DNA of 64,000 nucleotides from Armatimonadota bacterium (GTDB lineage Bacteria; Armatimonadota; SYMT01): NCBI GenBank assembly GCA_046292385.1, contig JBKBRF010000020.1, positions 32,001 to 96,000 of the forward strand, read 5' to 3'. Shown piece by piece: positions 29,051 to 38,128 of this stretch (position 1 is its first letter; each line of letters starts with the position of its first letter). The notes under the pieces were generated by a model. It saw only the letters and a program-made list of their open reading frames with translations, ran no database searches and was not told where the DNA came from. The position numbers and the translations under genes were made by a program.

Positions 29051-30658
29051 CTACTTCCCGACCAGCACCCGCTCCGGCGGCTCGTTCAGGAACTGGACCT
29101 TCTGGTGCTGCTCGGCCATGTAGTTCAGGCTCCAGTCGCCGTCGAAGAGCCCGGCCGGCTGGCCCTCGACGTCCTCCACGCGGCGGGAGCCGTGGAACCA
29201 GCGCATCGCCTTCAGCTCCGCGGGGTCGGCGTCGAGCCAGCGGACGTGCGAGTAGGGGAGTGGCTCCAGGACGGTCTCCACGCCGTATTCGCTGCGGAGC
29301 CGGAACTGCACCACCTCGAACTGCAGGCGGCCGACCGCCCCCAGGATCGGCTCGCGGCGGGCGGCGTCGACGTCGTAGAAGACCTGCACCACGCCTTCTT
29401 CGCCGAGCTGGTCGATTCCCTTCTGGAACTGCTTGTACTTGTCGATCCGGGTGTTCCGCAGGATGGCGAAGTGCTCCGGCTGGAATCGCGGGATGCCGCG
29501 GAAGCGGACCGGGGTGCCGGTGTAGAGCGTGTCCCCGATGTTGAAGACGCCGGGATTGGTGAGCCCAATGATGTCTCCGGGATACGCCTCTTCCATGATC
29601 TCGCGGTCTTGCGCGAAAAGCTTCTGGGGCCGCGTCAGGCGGACGGAGCGGCCGAGACGGGCGTTCTGCACGCTCATGTCGCGCTCGAAGCGGCCGGAGA
29701 CGACGCGCATGAAGGCGATGCGGTCCCGGTGGTTCGGGTCCATGTTCGCCTGGATCTTGAAGACGAAGCCGCGGAAGTGCGGATCCTCCGGAGTGACTTC
29801 CGCGTCTTCCCCGGCCAGGTACGGGCGCGGCGCCGGGGCCATGCGCACGAACCAGTGCAGGAACGGCTCCACGCCGAAGTTGGTCACCGCGCTCCCGAAG
29901 AAAGCCGGGGTCACCTCGCCGGCGTCGACGCGCTCCTGGTCCAGCTCCTCGCCGGCCACGTCGAGCAGCTCGATCTCCTCGCGGAGCCGAGTATAGCGGA
30001 CGTCGCCGAGGTGCTTCGCCAGGACCGGATCGTCCAGGTCGGTCACCTTCAGCGGGGCGCGATAGGCGCCGCGGTCGGTGCGCTCGAAGAGGTGCACCTC
30101 CTTCGAGCGCCGGTCGTAGACGCCGCGGAAGTCGGAGCCGTCCCCGATCGGCCAGTTGATCGGCACGGAGGAGATGCCGAGCACCTCTTCGATCTCCGCC
30201 AGAAGCTCCAGCGGCTCCTGACCGGGCCGGTCCATCTTGTTGATGAAGGTGAAGATCGGGATGCCGCGCTGCCGGCAGACGTGGAAGAGCTTCCGGGTCT
30301 GCGGCTCGACCCCCTTGGCGTTGTCGATCAGCATCACCGCGCTGTCGGCCGCCATCAGGGTGCGGTAGGTGTCCTCGCTGAAGTCCTGGTGGCCCGGCGT
30401 GTCGAGGAGGTTGAGGACGTGCCCCTCGTACTCGAACTGCAGCACGGTGGAGGTGATGGAGATGCCGCGCTGCTGCTCCAGCGCCATCCAGTCCGAGGTC
30501 GCCTTGCGCTGGTTCTTGCGCGCGCTCACGGAGCCGGCCAGCTGAATGGCGCCGCCGTACAGCAGGAGCTTCTCCGTTAGCGTGGTCTTCCCCGCGTCCG
30601 GATGGGAGATGATGGCGAAGGTGCGTCGCCGCTGGATCTGCTCGCGGTGCTGGCTCAT
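29051..30658 (-). CDS. prfC: Peptide chain release factor 3
   Basis: [48 protein letters not shown]. Confidence 0.98.
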   Translation of the reverse strand: MSQHREQIQRRRTFAIISHPDAGKTTLTEKLLLYGGAIQLAGSVSARKNQRKATSDWMALEQQRGISITSTVLQFEYEGHVLNLLDTPGHQDFSEDTYRTLMAADSAVMLIDNAKGVEPQTRKLFHVCRQRGIPIFTFINKMDRPGQEPLELLAEIEEVLGISSVPINWPIGDGSDFRGVYDRRSKEVHLFERTDRGAYRAPLKVTDLDDPVLAKHLGDVRYTRLREEIELLDVAGEELDQERVDAGEVTPAFFGSAVTNFGVEPFLHWFVRMAPAPRPYLAGEDAEVTPEDPHFRGFVFKIQANMDPNHRDRIAFMRVVSGRFERDMSVQNARLGRSVRLTRPQKLFAQDREIMEEAYPGDIIGLTNPGVFNIGDTLYTGTPVRFRGIPRFQPEHFAILRNTRIDKYKQFQKGIDQLGEEGVVQVFYDVDAARREPILGAVGRLQFEVVQFRLRSEYGVETVLEPLPYSHVRWLDADPAELKAMRWFHGSRRVEDVEGQPAGLFDGDWSLNYMAEQHQKVQFLNEPPERVLVGK

Positions 30659-30799
30659 CGGGTCGCTTCAGGCACAAAAAGGGCCGGCGCACATCGCCGG
30701 ACAACGCCGCATCATAACACTGCAGGGCAACCCGGCACAACGAGCGCCCGCGTCTCGCCCCGAGCGGCGACCGCCGGGCCGTAAGCCGCCGCGAGGCTA

Positions 30800-30829
30800 T
30801 TGACGCGCGCGCCGGGCACCTGCTACGAT
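30800..30829 (+). promoter_or_regulatory. sigma70-type promoter of tRNA-Cys
   Basis: TTGACG-N18-TACGAT. Confidence 0.7.
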
Positions 30830-30865
30830 AAGCCACCCCGGTATGCGGCTCCGTCCGCGCCGTGC

Positions 30866-30937
30866 GGCGGCGTAGCCAAGTGGCTAAGGCAGGAGTCTGC
30901 AAAACTCCCATCAGCGGTTCGATTCCGCTCGCCGCCT
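30866..30937 (+). tRNA. tRNA-Cys (GCA), CCA not encoded
   Basis: Acceptor GGCGGCG/CGCCGCC, anticodon arm GGAGT-CTGCAAA-ACTCC, T-arm GGTTCGATTCC, U discriminator. Confidence 0.96.
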
Positions 30938-30955
30938 TCCCAGCTCTGGAACCGC

Positions 30956-30989
30956 GAAGCCCCAGCCGTCAGGCCGGGGCTTCTTTCGT
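30956..30989 (+). terminator. Terminator after tRNA-Cys
   Basis: GAAGCCCC...GGGGCTTC stem followed by TTT. Confidence 0.65.
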
Positions 30990-31008
30990 AATGGATGTTC
31001 ACGGCCGG

Positions 31009-31794
31009 TTAGCGGTTCTGGTTTCCGGCGCTGCGGCTCCGGCTGCTGGAGCCGGATTTACTGGGCGTGACCGACGCCGGGACCGGAATCGGCCCGCGCG
31101 CTTCCGGGTCCAGCGCCGCCAGGATCGCCCCGCTCTCCGCCGGTCGGAAGCCGGCCGGCCATTTCGTGCTCGCGTTGTAGAGCGCGCTCTCCAGGATCGC
31201 GCCGGAAAGGATCGCCTCGGAGAGGTTGGCGCCGCGGAGGTCGGCGCCGGTCAGGTCTGCCTCGCTCAGGTCCGCCCGGGTCAGGGTGGCGCGCTCCAGG
31301 TTCGCGCCCTGCAGCTTCGCGCCGGTCAGGCGGGCGCGGTGCAGGCTCGCGCCGGTCAGCACCGCGTCCTTCAAGTCCGCGTCGGTCAGGATCGCCTCGC
31401 CCAGGATCGCCTGGTAGAGCTTCGCGTCGGTGAGATTGGCGCGGGCGAAGCGGGAGCGGGAGAGATTGGTGCGCTCCAGCACCGCCCGGGTCAGGTCCGC
31501 CTCCGAAAAGTCGGCGTCGGTTGCCAGCGATCCGGTCAGCACCGCCTCGGTCAGGATCGCGCGCGAGAGGTCGACCCGGGGCATCCGGACGCTGATCAGA
31601 ATCGCGCGGGTCAGGTCGGCGCCGGCGAGATTGCGGCCGCGCAGGTCGTCGAACGAGCGGTTCTGCTCCACAAAGCTCGGCAGCGCCGGCGGCGCCTGCT
31701 CCGGGAGCATGCGCTCTCCGGCGGCGGCAGACACCGCCGCTCCGGCGATCAGCAGTCCGCCGGCGAGCGCCGGCAGGGTCCGTCTCCAGGTCAT
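31009..31794 (-). CDS. Secreted pentapeptide-repeat protein
   Basis: Signal peptide; long run of A(D/N)Lxx repeats; TKWPAGF end motif. Confidence 0.92.
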   Translation of the reverse strand: MTWRRTLPALAGGLLIAGAAVSAAAGERMLPEQAPPALPSFVEQNRSFDDLRGRNLAGADLTRAILISVRMPRVDLSRAILTEAVLTGSLATDADFSEADLTRAVLERTNLSRSRFARANLTDAKLYQAILGEAILTDADLKDAVLTGASLHRARLTGAKLQGANLERATLTRADLSEADLTGADLRGANLSEAILSGAILESALYNASTKWPAGFRPAESGAILAALDPEARGPIPVPASVTPSKSGSSSRSRSAGNQNR

Positions 31795-31809
31795 CCTCGT
31801 CTCCCGCGG

Positions 31810-32037
31810 CTACTCGCTGCCGCTCTCCGCCTCTTCCACCGCGCGCATGGCGCCCTGGAAGCCGATCCGGCTGTGCGTGCCGTCGCAGAACGGCTTCTTG
31901 ACCGAGGCTCCGCAGCGGCAGAGCGCGATGACCGGCTTCTCCAGCCGAATCGTGTTCCCCTCGTGATCCACCAGCTCCACCGGTCCGCTCACGATGTAGG
32001 GGCCGTTCTCCCGGATGTCGATCCGCACGTCTGCCAT
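31810..32037 (-). CDS. CDGSH iron-sulfur domain protein
   Basis: NGPY, ALCRCGASVKKPFCDGTH. Confidence 0.95.
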   Translation of the reverse strand: MADVRIDIRENGPYIVSGPVELVDHEGNTIRLEKPVIALCRCGASVKKPFCDGTHSRIGFQGAMRAVEEAESGSE

Positions 32038-32125
32038 CGTCTCCACCTTTCACTACCGTCTGCTCGGCCCTCACGCAAGCGCCGCCAGTGGAATGTTACT
32101 ACCTCCCGCGCGCGATTCCCCTCTG

Positions 32126-32520
32126 CGGCCGCCCTAGGTTGCGGCCGACCCCGGTGGACGGTGCTGTCTACGTACCGCCCAGCCGCCCACGTGGACGTCC
32201 GGAGGGGCAGCCAAAGGCTGAACCGGAGGGCGGCACTTGTGACCACCCCTTGGCCAAGGGGTGGTTGCTCGAAGGGTCGGGATTCAGCCCGTGAACCTTG
32301 CCTCTGGCGAGATCCGGACTGTGGCGCGGGAAGAGCAAGCCGGAGCGAACTCCCGGAGCGGCCCGTTAGCCCGAAGGGCGTGGGAGGGCCGCGGAGGGCA
32401 GAGTCGCGGGAGGGCTGAATTCCGGCACAAGGGCACGGGGTCGGACCCACGGGATGGTGGCTGCCTTCCGCATGCAGATCAAGCTCACGCCGAGGGAGAC
32501 CCGCCCACCAGGAAGAACCT
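32126..32520. ncRNA. Candidate unassigned structured RNA or element
   Basis: Several long-range complementary segments in a 530-nt divergent intergenic region; no convincing ORF. Confidence 0.35.
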
Positions 32521-32569
32521 GCTCTTCGGCGGAGCGGATCGGCGCGCTCCGCGTGAGAGGAGCACGTCC

Positions 32570-33595
32570 ATGAAGTCCCCCCGGTTTGCGGTACGGTGCG
32601 CGGCGCTCGCTGCCGCATGCTTCGCCTTCGCCGGCTGCACCGTCACCACCCCCGGCGCGGCCCCGCCTCCCGCGAATGCGCCCGCGGCCTCCGGAGGGGA
32701 GGAGACGGTCGTCGTGCCGGAGGCGCCTCCGGTGCCGGAAGAGGTAGTCCCGAGCGGCAAGCCGGACCGCCCGCTGACGGTGGGAGTCTCCCTGCTCACG
32801 CGCACGCACGAGTTCTACAAGGAGATGGAAGCGGCGATGCGGGAGGCGGCCGAGGAGCACGGGATCACGCTGCAGGTCCAGAGCGCCGACATGGACCGGA
32901 GCCGGCAGCTCGAGCAGGTGCAGACGTTCCTCTCGCAGAAGGTCGACGCCATTATCCTCTGCCCGGTCGATAGCCAGAGCTCCGGCAGCCTGGTCCAGCT
33001 TGCCAACGAGCAGCGGGTGCCGGTCTTCACCGCGGACATCGCCAGCAAGGGCGGGGACGTCGTCTGCCACGTCGCCTCGAACAACGAGCAGGGCGGAGAG
33101 CTGGTGGGGGACTACCTGGCGGAAGCGCTCGGCGGGACGGGGGAGGTGGCGATCATTGACTACCCGGTCGTCACTTCCGTGCAGGACCGCGTCCGCGGCT
33201 TCAAGAAGGCGATCGCCCGCCACCCCGGGATCAAGATCGTCGCGCAGCCCGCGCCGGAGAAGCCGGAGCGTGCGGTCACCTTCCCCGTGGCGCAGGACCT
33301 CCTCCAGTCGCGCGGTCCGAGCCTGAAAGGCGTCTTCGGGATCAACGACGACTGCGCCCTCGCGGTGGTGCAGGCGGCCAGTGCCGCCGGGCGGGACGAC
33401 CTGGTCGTGGTCGGCTTCGACGCCACGCCGGAGGCGCAGCAGTACATCCGCCAGGGCAGCGTCCTCAAGGCGGACGCGATGCAGTTCCCCGGCGTCATCG
33501 GCCGCAGCGTGGTCAGCGCCGTCGTGAAGAACGCCGCAGGCGAAGCGGTGCCGAAGACCGTCGCCATCCCTACGGGCCTGCTGCGGAGAAAGTAG
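32570..33595 (+). CDS. RbsB-like sugar-binding lipoprotein (no adjacent permease)
   Basis: Lipobox FAGC; VDAIILCPVD, SNNEQGG, DRVRGF, NDDCALA, VVGFDA. Confidence 0.9.
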   Translation: MKSPRFAVRCAALAAACFAFAGCTVTTPGAAPPPANAPAASGGEETVVVPEAPPVPEEVVPSGKPDRPLTVGVSLLTRTHEFYKEMEAAMREAAEEHGITLQVQSADMDRSRQLEQVQTFLSQKVDAIILCPVDSQSSGSLVQLANEQRVPVFTADIASKGGDVVCHVASNNEQGGELVGDYLAEALGGTGEVAIIDYPVVTSVQDRVRGFKKAIARHPGIKIVAQPAPEKPERAVTFPVAQDLLQSRGPSLKGVFGINDDCALAVVQAASAAGRDDLVVVGFDATPEAQQYIRQGSVLKADAMQFPGVIGRSVVSAVVKNAAGEAVPKTVAIPTGLLRRK

Positions 33596-33600
33596 GCTTA

Positions 33601-33786
33601 TAAGGGATGAATGATGAGGGATGAGGGATGAATTCCGAACCTCTGGCACGGGGGATCCGAACGCTCGTGGCGTGCAACTGCGGCTCGATTGGCCTCTGGA
33701 GAAAGAGAAAGAGAACGAGAAGGAGAAGGATCTCCGAAGTGCGGTAGGTTCGGATTCATCCCTCATCCTTCATCCCTCATCCTTTA
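33601..33786. repeat. Heptamer-armed palindrome (GGGATGA / TCATCCC) with internal GAGAAN hexamers
   Basis: Arms 33601-33642 and 33746-33786, including TCCGAACCT/AGGTTCGGA. Confidence 0.8.
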
Positions 33787-33790
33787 AGTC

Positions 33791-33819
33791 TTGACTTCCA
33801 CGGGCCTGGCCGCTAGACT
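33791..33819 (+). promoter_or_regulatory. sigma70-type promoter of rplJL
   Basis: TTGACT-N17-TAGACT. Confidence 0.75.
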
Positions 33820-33849
33820 GGGCCCCGACAGCCGAATAACCGCTCGGAA

Positions 33850-33990
33850 CCGCCGAAGACCGCAGGCGCCGCCCCGTGGGTGGCCGAAAATCCCAGCCTG
33901 CCGAGGTAGAGAAGCCAGCGGACCCGATGGCGCCTCGCCGTCGCGGCCCCCGTTTTGCGTCCCTGCCTGACCCTCAGGCGGGGACGTTCA
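33850..33990 (+). promoter_or_regulatory. Ribosomal protein L10 leader
   Basis: CCGAAGACCGCAGG...CCTGCCGAGG signature directly upstream of rplJ. Confidence 0.8.
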
Positions 33991-34006
33991 GGTTTTCTGG
34001 GGGGAG

Positions 34007-34567
34007 GTGATTCCGATTTCCGAGAAAGAGATTCCGCATCGCGACCCGCGCCCTGACAAGGTGGCGCAGGTAGAGACGATCTCCGAGCTGCTGGACCGCT
34101 CCGCGGGCGTGGTACTGACCGACTACCGCGGCTTCACGGTGGCCGAGAAGGCCGACCTGACCCGGCGCCTGCGGGAGGCCGGGGCCGAGTACCACGTGGT
34201 CAAGAACACGCTGTTCCGGCTGGCCTACGCCGAGCGCGGCGAGAACCCGGAGGAGATGCTTTCCGGTCCGACCGCCGTGGCGTTCGCGCTGAATGACCCG
34301 GTCGGCCCGTCCAAGGTCCTGCTCGACTTCATTCGCGAGAAGAAGAAGGGCACGGTGAAGGGCGGCGTGGTCGACGGCAAGATCTTCAACGAGGACGCGA
34401 TCAAGCGCCTGTCCGAGCTTCCGCCGAAGGACCAGCTCATCGCGCAGGTGGTGGGCGCCGTCCAGGGCCCGCTCGCCGGCCTCGTCTACAGCCTGCAGGG
34501 CGTGCTGGGCAACTTCGTCCGCACCGTTCAGGCGATCCACGACCAGAAGGCGGAAGGCGGCGCTTAA
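34007..34567 (+). CDS. rplJ: 50S ribosomal protein L10
   Basis: DYRGFTV, VVKNTL, GPTAVAF, LSELP. Confidence 0.96.
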   Translation: MIPISEKEIPHRDPRPDKVAQVETISELLDRSAGVVLTDYRGFTVAEKADLTRRLREAGAEYHVVKNTLFRLAYAERGENPEEMLSGPTAVAFALNDPVGPSKVLLDFIREKKKGTVKGGVVDGKIFNEDAIKRLSELPPKDQLIAQVVGAVQGPLAGLVYSLQGVLGNFVRTVQAIHDQKAEGGA

Positions 34568-34621
34568 GCCGGCCTTTCCACCGATATCCGCTCGTACTGT
34601 TTACTTAAGGGAGAGAGACCG

Positions 34622-35008
34622 ATGGCTCTTAGCAAGGAAGAGATTATCGACGCGATCAGCCAGATGTCCGTGCTGGACCTGGCCGAGCTCGTGAAGGACC
34701 TGCAGGACAAGTTCGGCGTCAGTGCCGCTCCGGTGGCGGTGGCTGCTGGCCCGGCCGCTGGCCCGGCCGCCGCGGCGGTGGAGGAGGCTCCGACCTCCTT
34801 CAACGTGATCCTCACCAGCGCCGGCGCCCAGAAGATCCAGGTGATCAAGGCGGTCCGCGAGGTGACGACCCTGGGTCTGAAGGAAGCGAAGGACCTGGTG
34901 GACGGCGCTCCGAGCCCGGTGAAGGAAGGCGTGGCGAAGGAAGAGGCCGACGCCCTGAAGGCGAAGCTGGAGGAGTCCGGCGCCACCGTCGAGATCAAGC
35001 CGGCTTAA
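34622..35008 (+). CDS. rplL: 50S ribosomal protein L7/L12
   Basis: [27 protein letters not shown]. Confidence 0.98.
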   Translation: MALSKEEIIDAISQMSVLDLAELVKDLQDKFGVSAAPVAVAAGPAAGPAAAAVEEAPTSFNVILTSAGAQKIQVIKAVREVTTLGLKEAKDLVDGAPSPVKEGVAKEEADALKAKLEESGATVEIKPA

Positions 35009-35036
35009 TCGCCCGCTCGCGTCGACGAAAAGACTC

Positions 35037-35074
35037 GGAAGCCCGCGGCACCCGCCGCGGGCTTCCCGGTTTTC
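35037..35074 (+). terminator. Terminator after rplL
   Basis: GGAAGCCCGCGGC/GCCGCGGGCTTCC stem, then TTTT. Confidence 0.7.
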
Positions 35075-35200
35075 TGATGGGGGGGTGGGTGCTTGCCGGG
35101 CGGTTGAAACTACGGCAACTACGGCACGAAGTTTCATCCCCCGGACGGGGGAGCCCCTACGGGCACTCAAATAGACCTGATCCGCGCGTCCGGCGCCGGC

Positions 35201-36193
35201 CTATCGCACCGCCGCCTGGGTCGCGCTCAGGTCGGTGAAGGTGAACTTCCGCTTCACCGCCTCGTGCTTCTTGCCGCCGATCTCCACGTGGGGGTAGACG
35301 AAGTAGTTGAGCGGGCCGCTCTTCTGGGCGGGAGCGAGGGTCAGGTGACGTCCGCGGCTGAATTCCAGGCGGTTCTCGTCGTGGTGCCCGAAGAAGTAGT
35401 CCTTCTTCTCCCGCTGGCCCAGCGCCACCGCCTTCGCCGCCTCGCTGCTGTCGATCGGGACCCACTCGCCGTCTACGTAGAGCTCGGCCCAGCAGTGATA
35501 GCCGGGGATCTCGCCCTGTCCGCGCTCCTCCGGCAGCGGCACGCCCATGGCGAAGCGGGCCGGGATCCCCTGCGACCGGGCCATGCCGATGATGAGCGCG
35601 TGGAAGTCGGTGCAGTTGCCGCGTTTGGCGTCGCACGCCCAGATCGCGTCGCCGCGGCCCCAGCCGGTCCCGCTCTTGTCGTACTTCATCATCCCGGTGA
35701 CCTTCTCATAGATCGCCCGGGCTTTCGCCGCCGCCCCCTTCTTGCCGCGGGTCGCCTCTACCGCCAGCGCCTTCACGGGGCCGTCGGTGGGGACCAGCGG
35801 CTCCGCGCTCAGGTACTCCGCCCGCTCCGCCGCGTTCAGCTCTTCCCGCGTGCCGGCGTTCTCCAGGCGGGTCGCCACGATCTCCATCGTGATCTCCACC
35901 GGACCGCTCGGCCGCTCTTGGCGGAAGTAGGCTGCCTGGTTGCCCTGCCGCGGCTCCTGGGAGATGGTGATCGGTCCCGGCGCGGCGAGCGTGACGCTGT
36001 GGATCGCCTGGTGCTCCGTCGACTGCGGGTACGGCAGCCAGACCTCCAGCGCGCCGGAGCCGTGCGGCACGTCGTTTACGACCGTCCTATAGTGAAACCG
36101 GAAGGTCCGGCTGCGGGTCGGGGTCTGCGCGGCACCGGCCAGCCCGCAGGAGACGGCGAGCAGCGAGGCGACGAGCGAGAGAGTGAGCTTCAT
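35201..36193 (-). CDS. Secreted transglutaminase-like protein
   Basis: Signal peptide; GNCTDFH, HCWAE, WVPID catalytic triad. Confidence 0.9.
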   Translation of the reverse strand: MKLTLSLVASLLAVSCGLAGAAQTPTRSRTFRFHYRTVVNDVPHGSGALEVWLPYPQSTEHQAIHSVTLAAPGPITISQEPRQGNQAAYFRQERPSGPVEITMEIVATRLENAGTREELNAAERAEYLSAEPLVPTDGPVKALAVEATRGKKGAAAKARAIYEKVTGMMKYDKSGTGWGRGDAIWACDAKRGNCTDFHALIIGMARSQGIPARFAMGVPLPEERGQGEIPGYHCWAELYVDGEWVPIDSSEAAKAVALGQREKKDYFFGHHDENRLEFSRGRHLTLAPAQKSGPLNYFVYPHVEIGGKKHEAVKRKFTFTDLSATQAAVR

Positions 36194-36333
36194 TGCAGGT
36201 AATCCCGGGGCGGCCCGGCTGAACGCACCGGCGTGCTCCGTCTGAGGATACGCCGGGGCACGCTGCCGCTCACATCGAAAGCTTGGATGGCGGCTCGGCC
36301 GTCTATCGAACGAAGCAATGGGAGTGTGGGACG

Positions 36334-37149
36334 ATGGAACGGACCGCGATCGTCACCGGGGCCGGACGCGGCGTGGGGAGGTCGATCGCCCTCGCGCTGG
36401 CGCGCGGCGGCTGGCGGGTGGCCCTGCTGGCGCGCACCGCGGAGCAACTCGAGGCCGTGGCCGCAGAGGCGCGCTCGGCGGGTGCCGGGGCCTCCCTGCC
36501 CCTGACGGCAGACGTGACCGATCCCGCCGCGTGGGCCGCTGCGGTCGAAGCCGTCGAGCAGGAGCTCGGTCCGGCCGAGCTGCTGGTGAACAATGCGGGG
36601 ACGTTCAGCGCCATCGGTCCGCTCTGGGAGGCCGACCCGGACGCCTGGTGGGCCGACGTAACGGTAAGCCTGCGCGGCGTGCAGCTCGGCTGCCGCGCGG
36701 TGCTGCCGGGGATGCTCGCGCGGGGCCGCGGCCGCATCGTGAACGTGGTGGGAGGCGGAACGTTCGCGCCGTTCCCGCACGGCAGCGGCTACGCCGCAGG
36801 CAAGGCGGCGGTGATGCGCGTTACCGAAACCCTGGCGGCGGAGCTGGAAGAAGTGGGGAGCGCGGTCGCCGTCTTCGCGATCAGTCCGGGGCTGGTCCGC
36901 ACCCGGCTCACGGAGCGCCAGCTCACCACTCCCGAGGGGCAGCGCTGGATGCGCCGGACCCGGGAGATGTTCGAGCGGGGCCGCGACCAGCCGCCGGAGC
37001 GAGCGGGAGAGCTGGTGGTGGCGCTCGCCTCCGGCCGCTTCGATCGCCTGGCGGGGCGCTTCTTCGCCGCGTCGGACGACCTGGAGACGCTGCTGGCCGA
37101 TGAGGAGGAGATCCGCCGGAAGGATCGGCGCACGCTGCGGATGCGCTGA
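36334..37149 (+). CDS. Short-chain dehydrogenase/reductase
   Basis: TGAGRGVG, NNAG, YAAGK, PGLVRT. Confidence 0.93.
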   Translation: MERTAIVTGAGRGVGRSIALALARGGWRVALLARTAEQLEAVAAEARSAGAGASLPLTADVTDPAAWAAAVEAVEQELGPAELLVNNAGTFSAIGPLWEADPDAWWADVTVSLRGVQLGCRAVLPGMLARGRGRIVNVVGGGTFAPFPHGSGYAAGKAAVMRVTETLAAELEEVGSAVAVFAISPGLVRTRLTERQLTTPEGQRWMRRTREMFERGRDQPPERAGELVVALASGRFDRLAGRFFAASDDLETLLADEEEIRRKDRRTLRMR

Positions 37150-37159
37150 TCCGTGGTCA

Positions 37160-37640
37160 TTCCGGCTGGACTAGGTCAGTTTTCGCAGCTCCCGGAAACT
37201 CGGGTTTCACGGAGGTAGCGCAGGGGGAACTCTAAGCCATCAAATCCTGGAGCGTTCTCACCCCTCCAGGTGCTGGCCTACGCAGGCAGTGGAGGTAGCC
37301 ATCGATGACGCCGCCGGACTCCATATGCAGATGACCCCCACGTGGGGTGTCGCATCCGTTCAGGCCGTGCGACTACGCAGAAGTCCCGTTCCCGCGAGTG
37401 CCACAACAGGCTGCTAACCGCCGTGAAGATGAGGTTTCGGTTAGCCGGCGGGTGAAGGGTGTGCGAGTACGTGCTGCGCCGGGCGGATTCCAGCCCGGTG
37501 GGCCGCGCCGGGAGTCGCGAGGGCGGACGAGAGCCGCGCGACCCGAGAGGCGGAGGGATGGTCCTTCCGCAGCGGACCGCACCAATGAGGGTGAAAAACT
37601 AGCTTGTGAATAGCGATGGGGCGCCGCGGTGCGCCCCATC
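37160..37640. ncRNA. Candidate large structured noncoding RNA, family unassigned
   Basis: At least eight stem-loops tile the region; possible long-range pairings; no protein-like ORF. Confidence 0.5.
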
Positions 37641-37663
37641 CGCGCGTACGGCCTTTCGGAGAC

Positions 37664-37775
37664 GGAGAGACGGAGAGACGGAGAGACGGAGAGACGGAGA
37701 GACGGAGAGACGGAGAGACGGAGAGACGGAGAGACGGAGAGACGGAGAGACGGAGAGACGGAGAGACGGAGAGAC
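37664..37775. repeat. Perfect octamer tandem repeat (GGAGAGAC)14
   Basis: Counted directly; degenerate inverse copies near 17060-17085. Confidence 0.97.
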
Positions 37776-37793
37776 GGAGGGCGGCGGGCATGG

Positions 37794-37984
37794 CGCCCCG
37801 GAGGGGCGCGAGAGGATAGCCGGGGGTCAGCGCAGCGCAGCCCCCGGGATTCGGAGCCGCCACCACGCCCCGCCCTGGAGGGGCGGGAGGGCTACCCGGA
37901 AGTGGTGCGGAGTGAACTCCGCGGGTTGGCTCCGCCGGCAGTCAACTGCCGGCGATCTGGGGCTTTTTGCGCCCTGGAGGGGCG
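37794..37984. repeat. Three REP-like palindromes CGCCCYGGAGGGGCG
   Basis: Copies at 37794, 37871 and 37970. Confidence 0.75.
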
Positions 37985-38128
37985 GCGGAAACCCGTCCTC
38001 TCGAGAACGCGCCGGAGCCCGGGGCTCGCCAGCGAGCAGGAGCAAGAGTAGGAGCAAGAGCAGGCCCCCCCATACACGGAGGGTTCGGCTTTAGCCTTTA
38101 GCCTTCTGCCTTTAGCCTTTAGGATCCC

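Noticed and set aside
28737..30911. N-terminal ~725 aa of the 1018-aa ORF 27855..30911
   Set aside because: An alternate frame over prfC, repeats and the tRNA; Arg/Gly/Pro-rich composition typical of GC-rich shadow ORFs
30866..31800. Genomic island integrated at tRNA-Cys
   Set aside because: No integrase, and I saw no duplicated tRNA 3' end in the window
32300..32525. Cobalamin or TPP riboswitch
   Set aside because: Only fragments resemble the consensus (GGGAAG, CCAGGAAGAACCTGC); core motifs and their order do not fit
35078..35165. Additional REP element after rplL
   Set aside because: Resembles REP-like sequence but is degenerate and single-copy in this window, so it cannot be supported
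37160..37640. Canonical RNase P RNA or tmRNA
   Set aside because: No GAGGAAAGUCC/P4 pair; no tRNA-like T-arm ending in CCA and no short tag frame. Kept only as an unassigned candidate
37441..38094. ORFs with RRDGETER or SPSLRLSV repeats
   Set aside because: They are translations of the (GGAGAGAC)14 microsatellite, open in several frames
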